Assembly (NCBI RefSeq): GCF_001465295.1 | Contig: NZ_CP011034.1 | Location: 870,001-902,000, forward strand | Direction of reading: 5' to 3' | DNA length: 32,000 nt | Source: Pseudoalteromonas translucida KMM 520 | Lineage (GTDB): Bacteria; Pseudomonadota; Gammaproteobacteria; Enterobacterales; Alteromonadaceae | In this document: positions 8,657 through 18,490 of the stretch, piece by piece | How the letters are laid out: each line of letters opens with the position of its first letter | Numbering within the stretch: position 1 is the stretch's first letter | Position numbers and translations under genes: made by a program | Notes under the pieces: generated by a model | Told to the model about the DNA's origin: nothing | Database searches by the model: none | Seen by the model: the letters and a program-made list of their open reading frames with translations, nothing else

Positions 8657-10768
8657 ATGGGATTTAAAGCGGTATTACAACAACTTAACAAAGATAAAAA
8701 AGAGTATGCCAAAGGCGTAGGTACACCATTAATGGTACTTGCTGCGCTTGGTATGGTCATTTTACCTCTTCCTCCGTTCCTGCTTGATATATTATTTTCT
8801 TTTAATATTGCCCTTGCTTTGGTGGTGTTACTGGTAACTGTATACACTATGAAACCACTTGAGTTTGGTATGTTTCCGGCTGTGTTACTAATCGCCACTA
8901 TTATGCGCTTGGCACTTAACGTTGCCAGCACCCGAGTAGTATTACTTGAGGGCCACAATGGTGGTGACGCTGCCGGTAAAGTAATTGAAGCCTTTGGCTC
9001 TGTGGTTATTGGTGGTAACTATGCAGTAGGTTTAGTGGTGTTTTTAATCTTGATCATCATTAACTTTGTGGTAATTACTAAAGGTGCTGGGCGTATTTCT
9101 GAAGTGTCGGCGCGTTTTACCCTAGACGCTATGCCGGGTAAACAAATGGCAATTGATGCTGACATGAATGCGGGTTTTATTAGCGCTGAGCAAGCGCGGG
9201 AGCGCCGCGAAGAAGTAACCCGCGAAGCCGACTTTTATGGTTCTATGGATGGTGCCAGTAAATTTGTAAAAGGCGATGCTATTGCCGGTATTGTTATATT
9301 AATTATTAATATTGTTGGTGGCTTATTTGTTGGCATGATCCAACACGATTTAAGCTTTGGCAATGCCATGGAAATTTATACCTTGCTCACCATAGGTGAT
9401 GGCTTGGTTGCGCAACTCCCTTCATTATTACTCTCTATTGGTACTGCTATTGTTGTAACGCGTCAAAATGAGTCGCACAACATGGGCGATCAATTTAAGA
9501 AACAACTCGGTAACGAAAAGTCGTTATTTATTGCTTCAGGCATTTTAATCATTATGGGCTTAGTACCTGGTATGCCGCACGTAGCGTTTTTAAGCTTGGG
9601 CGCACTATTAGGTTATTTAGCTTACTACACTCAACAAAATAAATTAAAAGCGGCAGCAGCACTTGCTGAGGAAACCGCTAATGGCAGCGCAGTAGGTACA
9701 GGCATTGCCAATAAGCAAGAACAAAAAGAGTTAGGCTGGGACGATGTGCAGCAAGTTGATGTAATTGGTTTAGAGGTAGGTTACCGACTTATTCCATTGG
9801 TTGATCAATCCCAAGGTGGCGAGCTGTTAAACCGTATTAAAGGCGTGCGTAAAAAGCTCTCTCAAGAATTAGGCTTTTTAGTGCCGCCGGTACATATTCG
9901 CGACAACTTAGAGCTAGACCCAAATGCATACAGAATTACCTTAATGGGTGTATCAAGTGGCGAAGGCGAGCTAAAACACGGCGACGAATTGGCAATTAAT
10001 CCGGGGCAAGTATTTGGTCCTATAAAAGGGATTGAAACTAAAGATCCAGCCTTTGGCTTGGATGCGGTGTGGATCAAACCTGATCAAAAAGACGAAGCGC
10101 AATCGCTTGGTTATACCGTGGTTGATTCGGCGACTGTGGTTGCCACCCATATTAGCCAATTACTCACCAATAATGCGGCGTTATTATTAGGCCACGAAGA
10201 AGTACAAAACCTATTAGATATGCTAGCAAAAAGTCACCCAAGATTAGTAGAAGGCTTGGTGCCTGATGTATTGCCATTAACTACCATAGTTAAAGTTTTA
10301 CAAAATTTATTAAACGAAGGGGTGGCTATTCGCGATATGCGCTCAATAGTGCAAACCCTTGTAGAGTATGGCCCGCGTAGCCAAGACCCAGATGTTTTAA
10401 CCGCTGCGGTACGAATTTCACTGCGTCGATTAATAGTGCAAGATGCGGTGGGTATGTCTTCAGAAATCCCTGTCATAACCTTGGCGCCCGAGTTGGAACA
10501 GATGTTGCATCAGTCATTACAAAATGCAGGCGACGAAGGTGCCGGAATAGAGCCAGGACTTGCAGAGCGACTTCAAGTGTCATTAAACGAAGCGCATCAA
10601 AATCAAGAAATGGCCGGTGAACCTTCAATACTGTTAACGTCAGGAATGTTACGCACTGTGTTATCTCGTTTTGTTAAGTACACCATTCCAGGATTGCGAG
10701 TGATGTCTTATCAAGAGATACCAGACGAAAGGCAGATCAAGATTGTTAGCTCAGTAGGCCAACAATAA
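8657..10768 (+). CDS. flhA: Flagellar export gate protein FlhA
   Basis: 703 aa with an N-terminal polytopic domain containing conserved FlhA/InvA-family segments (AMPGKQMAIDADMNAG, GDGLVAQLPSLLLS) and a large cytoplasmic C-terminal domain. Confidence 0.96.
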   Translation: MGFKAVLQQLNKDKKEYAKGVGTPLMVLAALGMVILPLPPFLLDILFSFNIALALVVLLVTVYTMKPLEFGMFPAVLLIATIMRLALNVASTRVVLLEGHNGGDAAGKVIEAFGSVVIGGNYAVGLVVFLILIIINFVVITKGAGRISEVSARFTLDAMPGKQMAIDADMNAGFISAEQARERREEVTREADFYGSMDGASKFVKGDAIAGIVILIINIVGGLFVGMIQHDLSFGNAMEIYTLLTIGDGLVAQLPSLLLSIGTAIVVTRQNESHNMGDQFKKQLGNEKSLFIASGILIIMGLVPGMPHVAFLSLGALLGYLAYYTQQNKLKAAAALAEETANGSAVGTGIANKQEQKELGWDDVQQVDVIGLEVGYRLIPLVDQSQGGELLNRIKGVRKKLSQELGFLVPPVHIRDNLELDPNAYRITLMGVSSGEGELKHGDELAINPGQVFGPIKGIETKDPAFGLDAVWIKPDQKDEAQSLGYTVVDSATVVATHISQLLTNNAALLLGHEEVQNLLDMLAKSHPRLVEGLVPDVLPLTTIVKVLQNLLNEGVAIRDMRSIVQTLVEYGPRSQDPDVLTAAVRISLRRLIVQDAVGMSSEIPVITLAPELEQMLHQSLQNAGDEGAGIEPGLAERLQVSLNEAHQNQEMAGEPSILLTSGMLRTVLSRFVKYTIPGLRVMSYQEIPDERQIKIVSSVGQQ

Positions 10769-10788
10769 GATTTTAAAGGGGTTAAACC

Positions 10789-12279
10789 ATGAAGATTAAA
10801 CGTTTTTTTGCTAAAGATATGCGCACAGCACTTAAAGAAGTTAAAGATGAACTAGGTGTTGATGCGGTTATTATGTCTAATAAAAAACTCGCAAACGGCG
10901 TAGAAATTGTCGCAGCGGTTGATTATGACAAAGCAGCCCCTAAAGCCGCCGCGCCACAACAAAGTGCGCCGCTGCAGCAGCGTACGGCACATTCTGTTCA
11001 CTCGCAAAGCATGCATAACTTTGTAAAGCCAGAGCCGCAGCGTGCTAGACCTGAGCCACAAGCAAAGGTAGCCGACAGCTTACAAGCATTATTAGAGCGC
11101 CAGTCGCCGCGTCCACGTTCAGCAGAGTTGGCTTCAATGTTTTCGCAATCAGGTATAGACACCTCAGAACATTATCAAGAGCCGGTCGCTAAACAACGCC
11201 CTACAAATATGTTTGCGCGTGAAGAAGCCGCGCAAGCACGCCCACAAACACAAGCTGACAGCTTAGGTTTTGATGACCTAGACCGTGATTTTGATGAATT
11301 AGACACGCCAGTTGCGCAAAAGCACACGACTAAAAATACCGAAAGTGAAGCAATGAGCACAATGCGTGAAGAAATGAACGCAATTCGCCAGTTATTAGAG
11401 CATCAAGTGTCGGGTTTAATGCAGCAAGATATGGCGCGCCGTGACCCAACGCGCGCATGCATGATTGACCGCTTAGTAGGCATGGGAATCGATAAAGAAG
11501 TTGCTGAGCAAATGGCTTGTTTTGTACCTGAAGATGTTCCGCGTCAGCAGGGCTGGAAAGCGCTGTTAACTATGGTTGAAGATCAAATGCAAACCACGAA
11601 TAACGAAATTTTGCGCCAAGGTGGAGTTTACGCATTAGTTGGTCCAACGGGTGTAGGTAAAACTACGACAGTGGCTAAGCTCGCAGCATTAGGCGCACAA
11701 AAATATGGTGCCGATAAAGTAGCACTAATTACTACCGACACATACAGAATTGGTGCATACGAGCAGCTTGCAACGTATGGCCGTATTATTGGCTGTGGGG
11801 TTAAACAAGTTAAAGATGCGAACGAACTAGCCGAAGTGTTATATCATTTACGTAACAAGCGCTTAGTACTTATTGACACTGCAGGTATGAGCCAACGTGA
11901 TTTACGTTTAACTGAGCAGCTAAATACCTTAATGCGTAATCAGCGTGTGGATATTCGTAATTACTTAGTATTAAGTGCCACTGCGCAAATAAATGTGTTA
12001 CAAGAAACCGTAAGACACTTTAAAAAAGTACAGTTAAGCGGTTGTATTTTCACTAAACTCGACGAATCATTAAGTTTAGGCGAGATAATTAGTATTGCGA
12101 TTCAAAATCGCCTGCCAATAGGGTATCTTACTAATGGTCAACGAGTACCTGAAGATATTCGAGTTGCAAATGCAGAAAAACTAGTGAAAAAAGCTGAGCA
12201 ATTATATTTAAAGAGAACAAAAGTACAACATTCACGACACCAATCAGTGGCGTCGAGCACAGTAGAGATGTATGATTAA
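10789..12279 (+). CDS. flhF: SRP-type GTPase FlhF (flagellar placement and number)
   Basis: An N-terminal B-domain (MKIKRFFAKDMRTALKEVKDELG) and a Q/P/A-rich linker precede the NG domain. The NG domain has G1 GPTGVGKTTT, DTAG and TKLDE. Confidence 0.95.
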   Translation: MKIKRFFAKDMRTALKEVKDELGVDAVIMSNKKLANGVEIVAAVDYDKAAPKAAAPQQSAPLQQRTAHSVHSQSMHNFVKPEPQRARPEPQAKVADSLQALLERQSPRPRSAELASMFSQSGIDTSEHYQEPVAKQRPTNMFAREEAAQARPQTQADSLGFDDLDRDFDELDTPVAQKHTTKNTESEAMSTMREEMNAIRQLLEHQVSGLMQQDMARRDPTRACMIDRLVGMGIDKEVAEQMACFVPEDVPRQQGWKALLTMVEDQMQTTNNEILRQGGVYALVGPTGVGKTTTVAKLAALGAQKYGADKVALITTDTYRIGAYEQLATYGRIIGCGVKQVKDANELAEVLYHLRNKRLVLIDTAGMSQRDLRLTEQLNTLMRNQRVDIRNYLVLSATAQINVLQETVRHFKKVQLSGCIFTKLDESLSLGEIISIAIQNRLPIGYLTNGQRVPEDIRVANAEKLVKKAEQLYLKRTKVQHSRHQSVASSTVEMYD

Positions 12280-13132
12280 CACAGTATTAGATCAAGCAAG
12301 CGGCCTGCGTAAAATGAGCAAAAATAATAATAACGGCGTTAAGGTTATCGCCGTCACTGGCGGTAAAGGTGGCGTTGGAAAAACAAATGTATCGTTAAAT
12401 ACTGCGATCGCTTTAGGCCAGCAAGGCAATAGAGTGTTAGTGCTTGATGCCGATTTGGGTTTAGCCAATTGTGATGTAATGCTTGGACTACGTGTTGAGC
12501 GTAATTTATCGCATGTGTTATCTGGCGAATGTGAGCTTGATGAAATACTAGTAGAAGGCCCCGCTGGGATCAAAATAGTACCAGCGACGTCGGGTTCACA
12601 AAGTATGGTTGAGTTGTCGCCTGCAGAGCATGCTGGGCTTATTCGTGCCTTTAGCGAACTCAATACTGATTTTGATATATTAGTTGTTGATACCGCTGCC
12701 GGTATATCGGATATGGTGCTGAGTTTTTCTCGCGCTGCACAAGATGTTTTGGTTGTGGTGTGTGACGAGCCTACCTCAATAACCGATGCCTATGCACTGA
12801 TCAAAGTATTAAGCCGCGAACATGGCGTGTATAAATTTAAAATTGTTGCCAACATGGTGCGTTCATTACGCGAAGGGCAAGAATTATTTGCAAAGCTATC
12901 AAAGGTTACAGACCGATTTTTAGATATATCAATGGAGTTGGTTGCAACCGTTCCTTATGATGAAAATATGCGTAAAGCAACACGTCGTCAAAAAGTAATT
13001 GTTGAACTATTTCCAAGTTCTCCTGCTGCACTTGCCTTTAAAACATTAGCAACAAGAATAACAAAGTGGCCAATACCGAACCAGCCTTCAGGTCATTTAG
13101 AATTTTTCATTGAGAAACTCGTTAACGGCTAA
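12272..13132 (+). CDS. flhG: MinD/ParA-family ATPase FlhG (FleN)
   Basis: The deviant Walker A GGKGGVGKT is present. The N-terminal DQASGLR (nt 12290-12310) matches the DQAxxLR FlhF-activating motif. The gene overlaps flhF by 8 nt. Confidence 0.93.
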   Translation: MINTVLDQASGLRKMSKNNNNGVKVIAVTGGKGGVGKTNVSLNTAIALGQQGNRVLVLDADLGLANCDVMLGLRVERNLSHVLSGECELDEILVEGPAGIKIVPATSGSQSMVELSPAEHAGLIRAFSELNTDFDILVVDTAAGISDMVLSFSRAAQDVLVVVCDEPTSITDAYALIKVLSREHGVYKFKIVANMVRSLREGQELFAKLSKVTDRFLDISMELVATVPYDENMRKATRRQKVIVELFPSSPAALAFKTLATRITKWPIPNQPSGHLEFFIEKLVNG

Positions 13133-13134
13133 CT

Positions 13135-13869
13135 ATGACTACATTGGTGAATAGAGCTATGGGATATGAATCAACACAAAATTTAAATATGATTGTTGAA
13201 AAGCATGCTTCATTAGTAAAAAAAGTAGCATGTCATTTAATTGCTCGTTTACCCCCTAGTGTACAACTCGATGATTTAATTCAATCAGGAATGATAGGAT
13301 TAATAGAGGCGTCAAAAAACTTTGATGCCACTAAAGGCGCTAGTTTTGAAACCTTTGCGGGTATTCGTATTCGTGGTGCTATGCTAGATGAAATGCGCCG
13401 TGGGGACTGGGCTCCTCGCTCTGTACATCGTAAAAGCCGCCAAGTTATAGAAGCTATTTCAGCATTAGAAAGCAGCCTGAATCGTGAACCTAAAGACAGT
13501 GAAGTTGCCCAAAAGCTTGAAATTACACTCGAGCAATATCATCATATTTTAACCGATGTTAATTCCAGTAAAATCCTAGGAATAGAAGATTTAGGTATTG
13601 ATGAGGATGTTATAACACCTGTTGGGCACGATTTAGCACTAGACAAACCCTTTAATAACGTTAAAAATGAAAGGTTTAATGAATCATTATTAAGTGCAAT
13701 TAAATCCCTGCCAGAGCGAGATGCGATGGTGCTTTCGTTGTACTATAACGATGAAATGAATTTAAAAGAAATTGGACAGATACTCGATGTAAGTGAATCG
13801 CGTGTAAGTCAGATACATGGTCAGGCGATGATTAAGCTAAAAGCAAAAATCAATGACTGGATAAATTAG
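13135..13869 (+). CDS. fliA: Flagellar sigma factor FliA (sigma-28)
   Basis: Sigma-70-family region 2 (DLIQSGMIGLIEA) and a region 4 HTH (LKEIGQILDVSESRVSQIH) are present in a 244-aa protein located after flhG. Confidence 0.95.
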   Translation: MTTLVNRAMGYESTQNLNMIVEKHASLVKKVACHLIARLPPSVQLDDLIQSGMIGLIEASKNFDATKGASFETFAGIRIRGAMLDEMRRGDWAPRSVHRKSRQVIEAISALESSLNREPKDSEVAQKLEITLEQYHHILTDVNSSKILGIEDLGIDEDVITPVGHDLALDKPFNNVKNERFNESLLSAIKSLPERDAMVLSLYYNDEMNLKEIGQILDVSESRVSQIHGQAMIKLKAKINDWIN

Positions 13870-13909
13870 AAATAAATAAATACAGGTTTAGGCCTCACTG
13901 GAGGATGTT

Positions 13910-14293
13910 TTGGATAAAAACATAAAAATTCTTGTTGTTGATGACTTTTCAACGATGAGACGTATTATTAAAAACCTATTGCGTGATTTAGGGTTTACCA
14001 ATGTTTTAGAAGCAGATGATGGTTCAACTGCTTTACCTATGTTGCAAAATCAATCATTTGACTTTGTGGTAACAGATTGGAATATGCCTGGCATGCAAGG
14101 TATTGACTTGTTAAGAGCAATACGCGCAGATGATAAATTAAAGCATCTTCCGGTTTTAATGGTTACTGCAGAAGCTAAAAAAGAGCAAATTATTGCAGCA
14201 GCCCAAGCAGGCGTTAATGGTTATATTGTTAAGCCATTTACTGCGGGTACATTAAAAACTAAATTAGAAAAAGTGTTCGAACGCTTAGGTTAA
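13910..14293 (+). CDS. cheY: Chemotaxis response regulator CheY
   Basis: A 127-aa single REC domain with [11 protein letters not shown], the phospho-acceptor context [10 protein letters not shown], and YIVKPFT. The TTG start is preceded by GGAGGA. Confidence 0.95.
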   Translation: MDKNIKILVVDDFSTMRRIIKNLLRDLGFTNVLEADDGSTALPMLQNQSFDFVVTDWNMPGMQGIDLLRAIRADDKLKHLPVLMVTAEAKKEQIIAAAQAGVNGYIVKPFTAGTLKTKLEKVFERLG

Positions 14294-14308
14294 TAAGGGG
14301 AGAGGCTT

Positions 14309-15070
14309 ATGTCAGCACCTGCTGCGCCTCAGATTACTTTAGAGCAAGCACGTCAGCTGGTCACTTTTTTAGAAAACGGTGAGCAGCATAAGGCGGATCA
14401 GTTAATTTTAGAAACTGCCTCTCAAGAACAATCCTATTTGTTTGCAGAAGTAGGTAAATTAACGCGGCAGTTGCACGAGTCTTTAAAGGGATTTGAACTT
14501 GACACCCGCATAACAGATTTAACCACTGATGCCATTCCTGATGCTAAAAAGCGACTTAACTATGTCATAGAAATGACAGAAAACGCCGCTAACAAAACCA
14601 TGGATGCGGTTGAAGCAAGCCTGCCTTTAGCCCAGCAATTAGCTGATGATATTTCGCATATTAAGCCAACTTGGGATCGCTTAATGAGCCGCGATCTTGA
14701 ACTGGGTGAATTTAAAACACTGTGTCATAGCATAGATAAGTTTATGAACAGCTCTCATCTTAAAACCGATGAGTTGCAAGTATTAATGACCAATGTGTTA
14801 ATGGCTCAAGATTATCAGGATTTAACCGGGCAAGTAATTCGCCGTGTTATTGAGCTGGTACGCGAAGTTGAAGAAAGTTTAATTCATCTGTTAACTGCGT
14901 TTGCAGCACAAGATGAAAACGATAGCCAAGAACAACAAAAAATAGACAACTCGATTGCTGCACAACCATTAGCAGGCCCTGAAGGCCCTATTATTGATAA
15001 AGAATCGCGTGATGATGTTGTATCTGATCAAGACGAAGTTGATGATTTATTATCAAGTTTGGGCTTCTAA
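14309..15070 (+). CDS. cheZ: CheY-P phosphatase CheZ
   Basis: The catalytic-Gln context DYQDLTGQVIRRV is present, along with an acidic C-terminal CheY-binding peptide (DEVDDLLSSLGF). Confidence 0.93.
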   Translation: MSAPAAPQITLEQARQLVTFLENGEQHKADQLILETASQEQSYLFAEVGKLTRQLHESLKGFELDTRITDLTTDAIPDAKKRLNYVIEMTENAANKTMDAVEASLPLAQQLADDISHIKPTWDRLMSRDLELGEFKTLCHSIDKFMNSSHLKTDELQVLMTNVLMAQDYQDLTGQVIRRVIELVREVEESLIHLLTAFAAQDENDSQEQQKIDNSIAAQPLAGPEGPIIDKESRDDVVSDQDEVDDLLSSLGF

Positions 15071-15085
15071 TAGGAGAGTAACTGC

Positions 15086-17263
15086 ATGAGCTTTGAAGTC
15101 GATGAAGATATATTACAAGATTTTTTAGTTGAAGCTGGAGAAATCCTTGAGCTTTTATCTGAACAATTAGTTGAACTGGAAAATAACCCAGAAGATACTG
15201 AGTTATTAAACGCTATTTTTAGAGGCTTTCATACTGTTAAAGGTGGCGCGGGCTTTTTAGCAATGTCAGAGCTGGTAGATGCCTGCCATGGCGCAGAAAA
15301 CGTGTTTGACTTACTGCGTCAAAAAGTGCGAACGGTTAACTCTGAGTTAATGGATGTTATACTTCAAGCACTTGATACTATTAACGAAATGTTTGCTACG
15401 ATAAAAAATCGTGAGCAACCAGAGCCAGCAGATCCTCAGTTACTCGAAATATTACATAAATTAGGTTTACCGCCCACAGAAGAAGAGCTTAGTGGTGACA
15501 CTATTGCGCCAGTAATAACGCCAGATACTAATTTAGATGATGACCCTTTTGCATTTGATGAGTTGTTTGATGCACCCAGTGCTGCAACAAACGCCACAAC
15601 AAGCGATGCGAATATTGATGAAATTAGCGAAGATGAATTTGAAAACTTACTTGATGAACTTCATGGCAAAGGTAAAGCCCCTGCAATAAAAGAGTCATTA
15701 AGTAATAGCAGTGACTTAAGTGGCGATATTACCGACGATGAATTTGATAGCTTATTAGATGAGCTTCACGGGGTGGGAAGTTTTGGTGCGGTAAATAAAA
15801 CACCAAAACCTCAAGCATCTCAAAGTCAGGTTGCTAGCACTAACGATGATGAAATAAGTGACGATGAGTTTGAAGCTTTACTAGATGAGCTGCATGGTAA
15901 GGGAGCTGCGCCAAAATCTAAAGAAAGCGCGGCAACACCTGCAGCTGTAAACAAGGTTACGGCTCCTAAAGCTGCTGTAGTTAAAGCTTCGCCAGTAGCA
16001 GTTAATAAAGTTGAACAGCCAAAAGCGGCTGTTGCAGCAGCAAGTGCTAATACCAATACCGCTGCGCCAGTTGCTAAAAAAGCGCCGCCTGCACAAGCAG
16101 AAACAACTGTAAGGGTTGATACTAAACGCCTTGATCAAATTATGAATATGGTGGGCGAGCTTGTATTAGTACGTAACCGGTTAGTGAGCTTAGCCACCAG
16201 TTCAGAAAGTGAATCTATGAGTAAAGCAATATCTAACTTAGATGTTGTTACAGCTGATTTGCAAGGTGCGGTAATGAAAACGCGAATGCAGCCAATCAAA
16301 AAAGTATTTGGCCGTTTTCCGCGTGTTGTTCGCGACTTAGCACGTACCTTAAATAAAGATATTAACTTATTACTGGTTGGCGAAGAAACCGACTTAGATA
16401 AAAACCTAGTTGAAGCACTGGCCGATCCATTAGTGCATTTAGTACGTAACTCAGTTGATCATGGTATAGAAATGCCAGATGATCGTGAAGCTGCGGGTAA
16501 ACCGAGAACAGGTACCGTTACACTTTCTGCTTCGCAGCAGGGGGATCATATCTTGCTTACCATTAAAGATGATGGTGCGGGTATGGATGCTGAAAAACTA
16601 AAACAAATAGCGATTAAAAAAGGCGTGCTTGACCAAGAACAAGCAAGCCGTTTGTCTAACACCGAAGCTTACAACCTAATATTTGCGCCAGGATTTTCTA
16701 CTAAAGAAGCAATATCTGATATTTCAGGCCGTGGTGTTGGCATGGATGTGGTTAAAACTAAAATCACCCAGTTAAATGGCTCGGTTAGCATAGAGTCAGA
16801 GCTAGGCGTGGGTACCATACTGGAAATTAAAGTACCGTTAACTTTGGCTATTTTACCTACCTTAATGGTGGTAGTGAGTGAGCAAACATTTGCACTACCA
16901 TTGGCAGGGGTAAGTGAAATATTTAACTTAGACCTTACTAAAACGAATGTGGTTGATGGTCAGTTAACTATTATTGTTCGTAAAAAAGCAGTGCCTTTAT
17001 TTTATTTAGAGCATTGGCTGGTTAAAGGTGCCGATCGTACGAGCCGTAAAGCGCAAGGCCATGTGGTTATTGTACAAATAGGTACACAACAAGTTGGCTT
17101 TGTGGTTGATTCGTTAATTGGTCAAGAAGAAGTGGTTATTAAGCCGTTAGACGCTTTATTACAAGGTACGCCAGGAATGGCAGGTGCCACTATTACTTCG
17201 GATGGTGGTATTGCACTTATATTAGATGTACCGAGTATGTTAAAGCACTACGCAGGTAAATAA
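15086..17263 (+). CDS. cheA: Chemotaxis histidine kinase CheA
   Basis: The P1 HPt domain has FHTVKGGAG. It is followed by the P3 dimerisation region, a P4 HATPase (DHGIE, DDGAGMD, GRGVGMD) and a P5 CheW-like domain. A roughly 200-aa repeat-rich, low-complexity linker occupies the place of a recognisable P2. Confidence 0.96.
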   Translation: MSFEVDEDILQDFLVEAGEILELLSEQLVELENNPEDTELLNAIFRGFHTVKGGAGFLAMSELVDACHGAENVFDLLRQKVRTVNSELMDVILQALDTINEMFATIKNREQPEPADPQLLEILHKLGLPPTEEELSGDTIAPVITPDTNLDDDPFAFDELFDAPSAATNATTSDANIDEISEDEFENLLDELHGKGKAPAIKESLSNSSDLSGDITDDEFDSLLDELHGVGSFGAVNKTPKPQASQSQVASTNDDEISDDEFEALLDELHGKGAAPKSKESAATPAAVNKVTAPKAAVVKASPVAVNKVEQPKAAVAAASANTNTAAPVAKKAPPAQAETTVRVDTKRLDQIMNMVGELVLVRNRLVSLATSSESESMSKAISNLDVVTADLQGAVMKTRMQPIKKVFGRFPRVVRDLARTLNKDINLLLVGEETDLDKNLVEALADPLVHLVRNSVDHGIEMPDDREAAGKPRTGTVTLSASQQGDHILLTIKDDGAGMDAEKLKQIAIKKGVLDQEQASRLSNTEAYNLIFAPGFSTKEAISDISGRGVGMDVVKTKITQLNGSVSIESELGVGTILEIKVPLTLAILPTLMVVVSEQTFALPLAGVSEIFNLDLTKTNVVDGQLTIIVRKKAVPLFYLEHWLVKGADRTSRKAQGHVVIVQIGTQQVGFVVDSLIGQEEVVIKPLDALLQGTPGMAGATITSDGGIALILDVPSMLKHYAGK

Positions 17264-17267
17264 TAAA

Positions 17268-17292
17268 GTAGACGTATGCTTTATACGTCTAC
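17268..17292 (+). promoter_or_regulatory. Perfect 10-bp stem / 5-nt loop hairpin in the cheA-cheB intercistronic spacer
   Basis: GTAGACGTAT (17268-17277), loop GCTTT, ATACGTCTAC (17283-17292). No U-tract follows on the + strand (ACAATAAAAATAAG), so this is not a canonical intrinsic terminator. Confidence 0.6.
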
Positions 17293-17314
17293 ACAATAAA
17301 AATAAGAGAGCAAA

Positions 17315-18490
17315 ATGGCCGTTAAAGTTTTAGTTGTTGATGATTCGAGCTTTTTTCGCCGTCGAGTGAGTGAAATTCTTGAGTTAGATAGCGAGATTAA
17401 AGTAATTGGCTTTGCCGTAAATGGCCGAGATGCTGTAGAAAAAGCAGCGAGTTTACGTCCTGATATGATCACTATGGATGTAGAAATGCCAGTGTTAGAT
17501 GGTATCAGTGCCGTAAAAGAAATTATGGCCAGTAACCCCACGCCAATTTTAATGTTTTCGTCGTTAACTCGCTCTGGTGCAACTGCAACTTTAGATGCAC
17601 TTGATGCCGGTGCTATGGATTTTTTACCGAAAAAATTTGAAGACATTGCTCGCAATAACGAAGATGCTATTAAGCTGCTGCAAAGCAAAGTAAAAGAAAT
17701 TGGCCGCCAACGCATTAGACGTGTTGCTAGCACTAGAACCCCCAGCGTAAACAAACCTTTATTTACACCTACTTCAGCGCCAAGCGCATTAGCAACAAGG
17801 TTTGCACAAACAAACAAAACAGCAACAACAGTAGCGCAACCAGAGCGAAGCTTTGCTAATACGCCGGTAACTGGCCGCAGTGCTACAGTAACAAAGCGCG
17901 CGAGTGGCAAGCACTATCAACTAGTTGCAATTGGCACATCAACCGGTGGACCTGTTGCGCTACAAACTATATTAACTCAGCTTCCTGCTAATTTTCCGCA
18001 CCCTATATTGTTAATTCAGCATATGCCTGCTGCGTTTACTCCGGCTTTTGCGGCACGCTTAAATAGCTTGTGTAAAATTCGGGTTAAAGAAGCGCAGCAA
18101 GGGGATCGGCTGCAAGCAGGAGTGGCTTATTTAGCGCCCGGTGGTCAGCAAATGATGATTGATGGTCGTGGGGCAACGAGAACGTTACGAGTTTTTGAAG
18201 ATAACAGCGAGCGCATTAGTTATAAACCAAGCGTTGATGTGACCTTTGCCAGTGCCGCTAAAGCGTACCAAGGTGATGTGCTAGCCATAGTATTAACTGG
18301 CATGGGCGCAGATGGGCGTGAAGGCGCTCGCATGCTTAAGCAATCAGGGGCGACCATTTGGGCGCAAGACGAAAAAAGCTGTGTTGTTTATGGTATGCCA
18401 CAAGCCATTGCTAATGCTGGTTTAGCGAGCGAAAGTCTACCATTAGATGAAGTAGCAGTACGTTTAAATACAGAGGTGGGCTGTGGATAA
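17315..18490 (+). CDS. cheB: Chemotaxis methylesterase/deamidase CheB
   Basis: The N-terminal REC domain has VLVVDDS and [10 protein letters not shown] long S/T/A/P-rich linker leads to the C-terminal methylesterase domain with GTSTGGP, IQHMP and GMGADG. Confidence 0.95.
   Translation: MAVKVLVVDDSSFFRRRVSEILELDSEIKVIGFAVNGRDAVEKAASLRPDMITMDVEMPVLDGISAVKEIMASNPTPILMFSSLTRSGATATLDALDAGAMDFLPKKFEDIARNNEDAIKLLQSKVKEIGRQRIRRVASTRTPSVNKPLFTPTSAPSALATRFAQTNKTATTVAQPERSFANTPVTGRSATVTKRASGKHYQLVAIGTSTGGPVALQTILTQLPANFPHPILLIQHMPAAFTPAFAARLNSLCKIRVKEAQQGDRLQAGVAYLAPGGQQMMIDGRGATRTLRVFEDNSERISYKPSVDVTFASAAKAYQGDVLAIVLTGMGADGREGARMLKQSGATIWAQDEKSCVVYGMPQAIANAGLASESLPLDEVAVRLNTEVGCG

Noticed and set aside
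11711-11718. GCCGATAA, a perfect sigma-28 -10 element, inside flhF
   Set aside because: No TAAAG-like -35 element lies at the required ~15-nt spacing upstream (the region reads TCGCAGCATTAGGCGCACAA). It is inside a coding sequence and is probably a chance occurrence encoding GADK.
17281-17910. 209-aa ORF antisense to the 5' half of cheB
   Set aside because: cheB has unambiguous REC and methylesterase motifs on the + strand across this span. The antisense product has no recognisable motif and would end inside the cheA-cheB hairpin. It is most likely a chance open frame.
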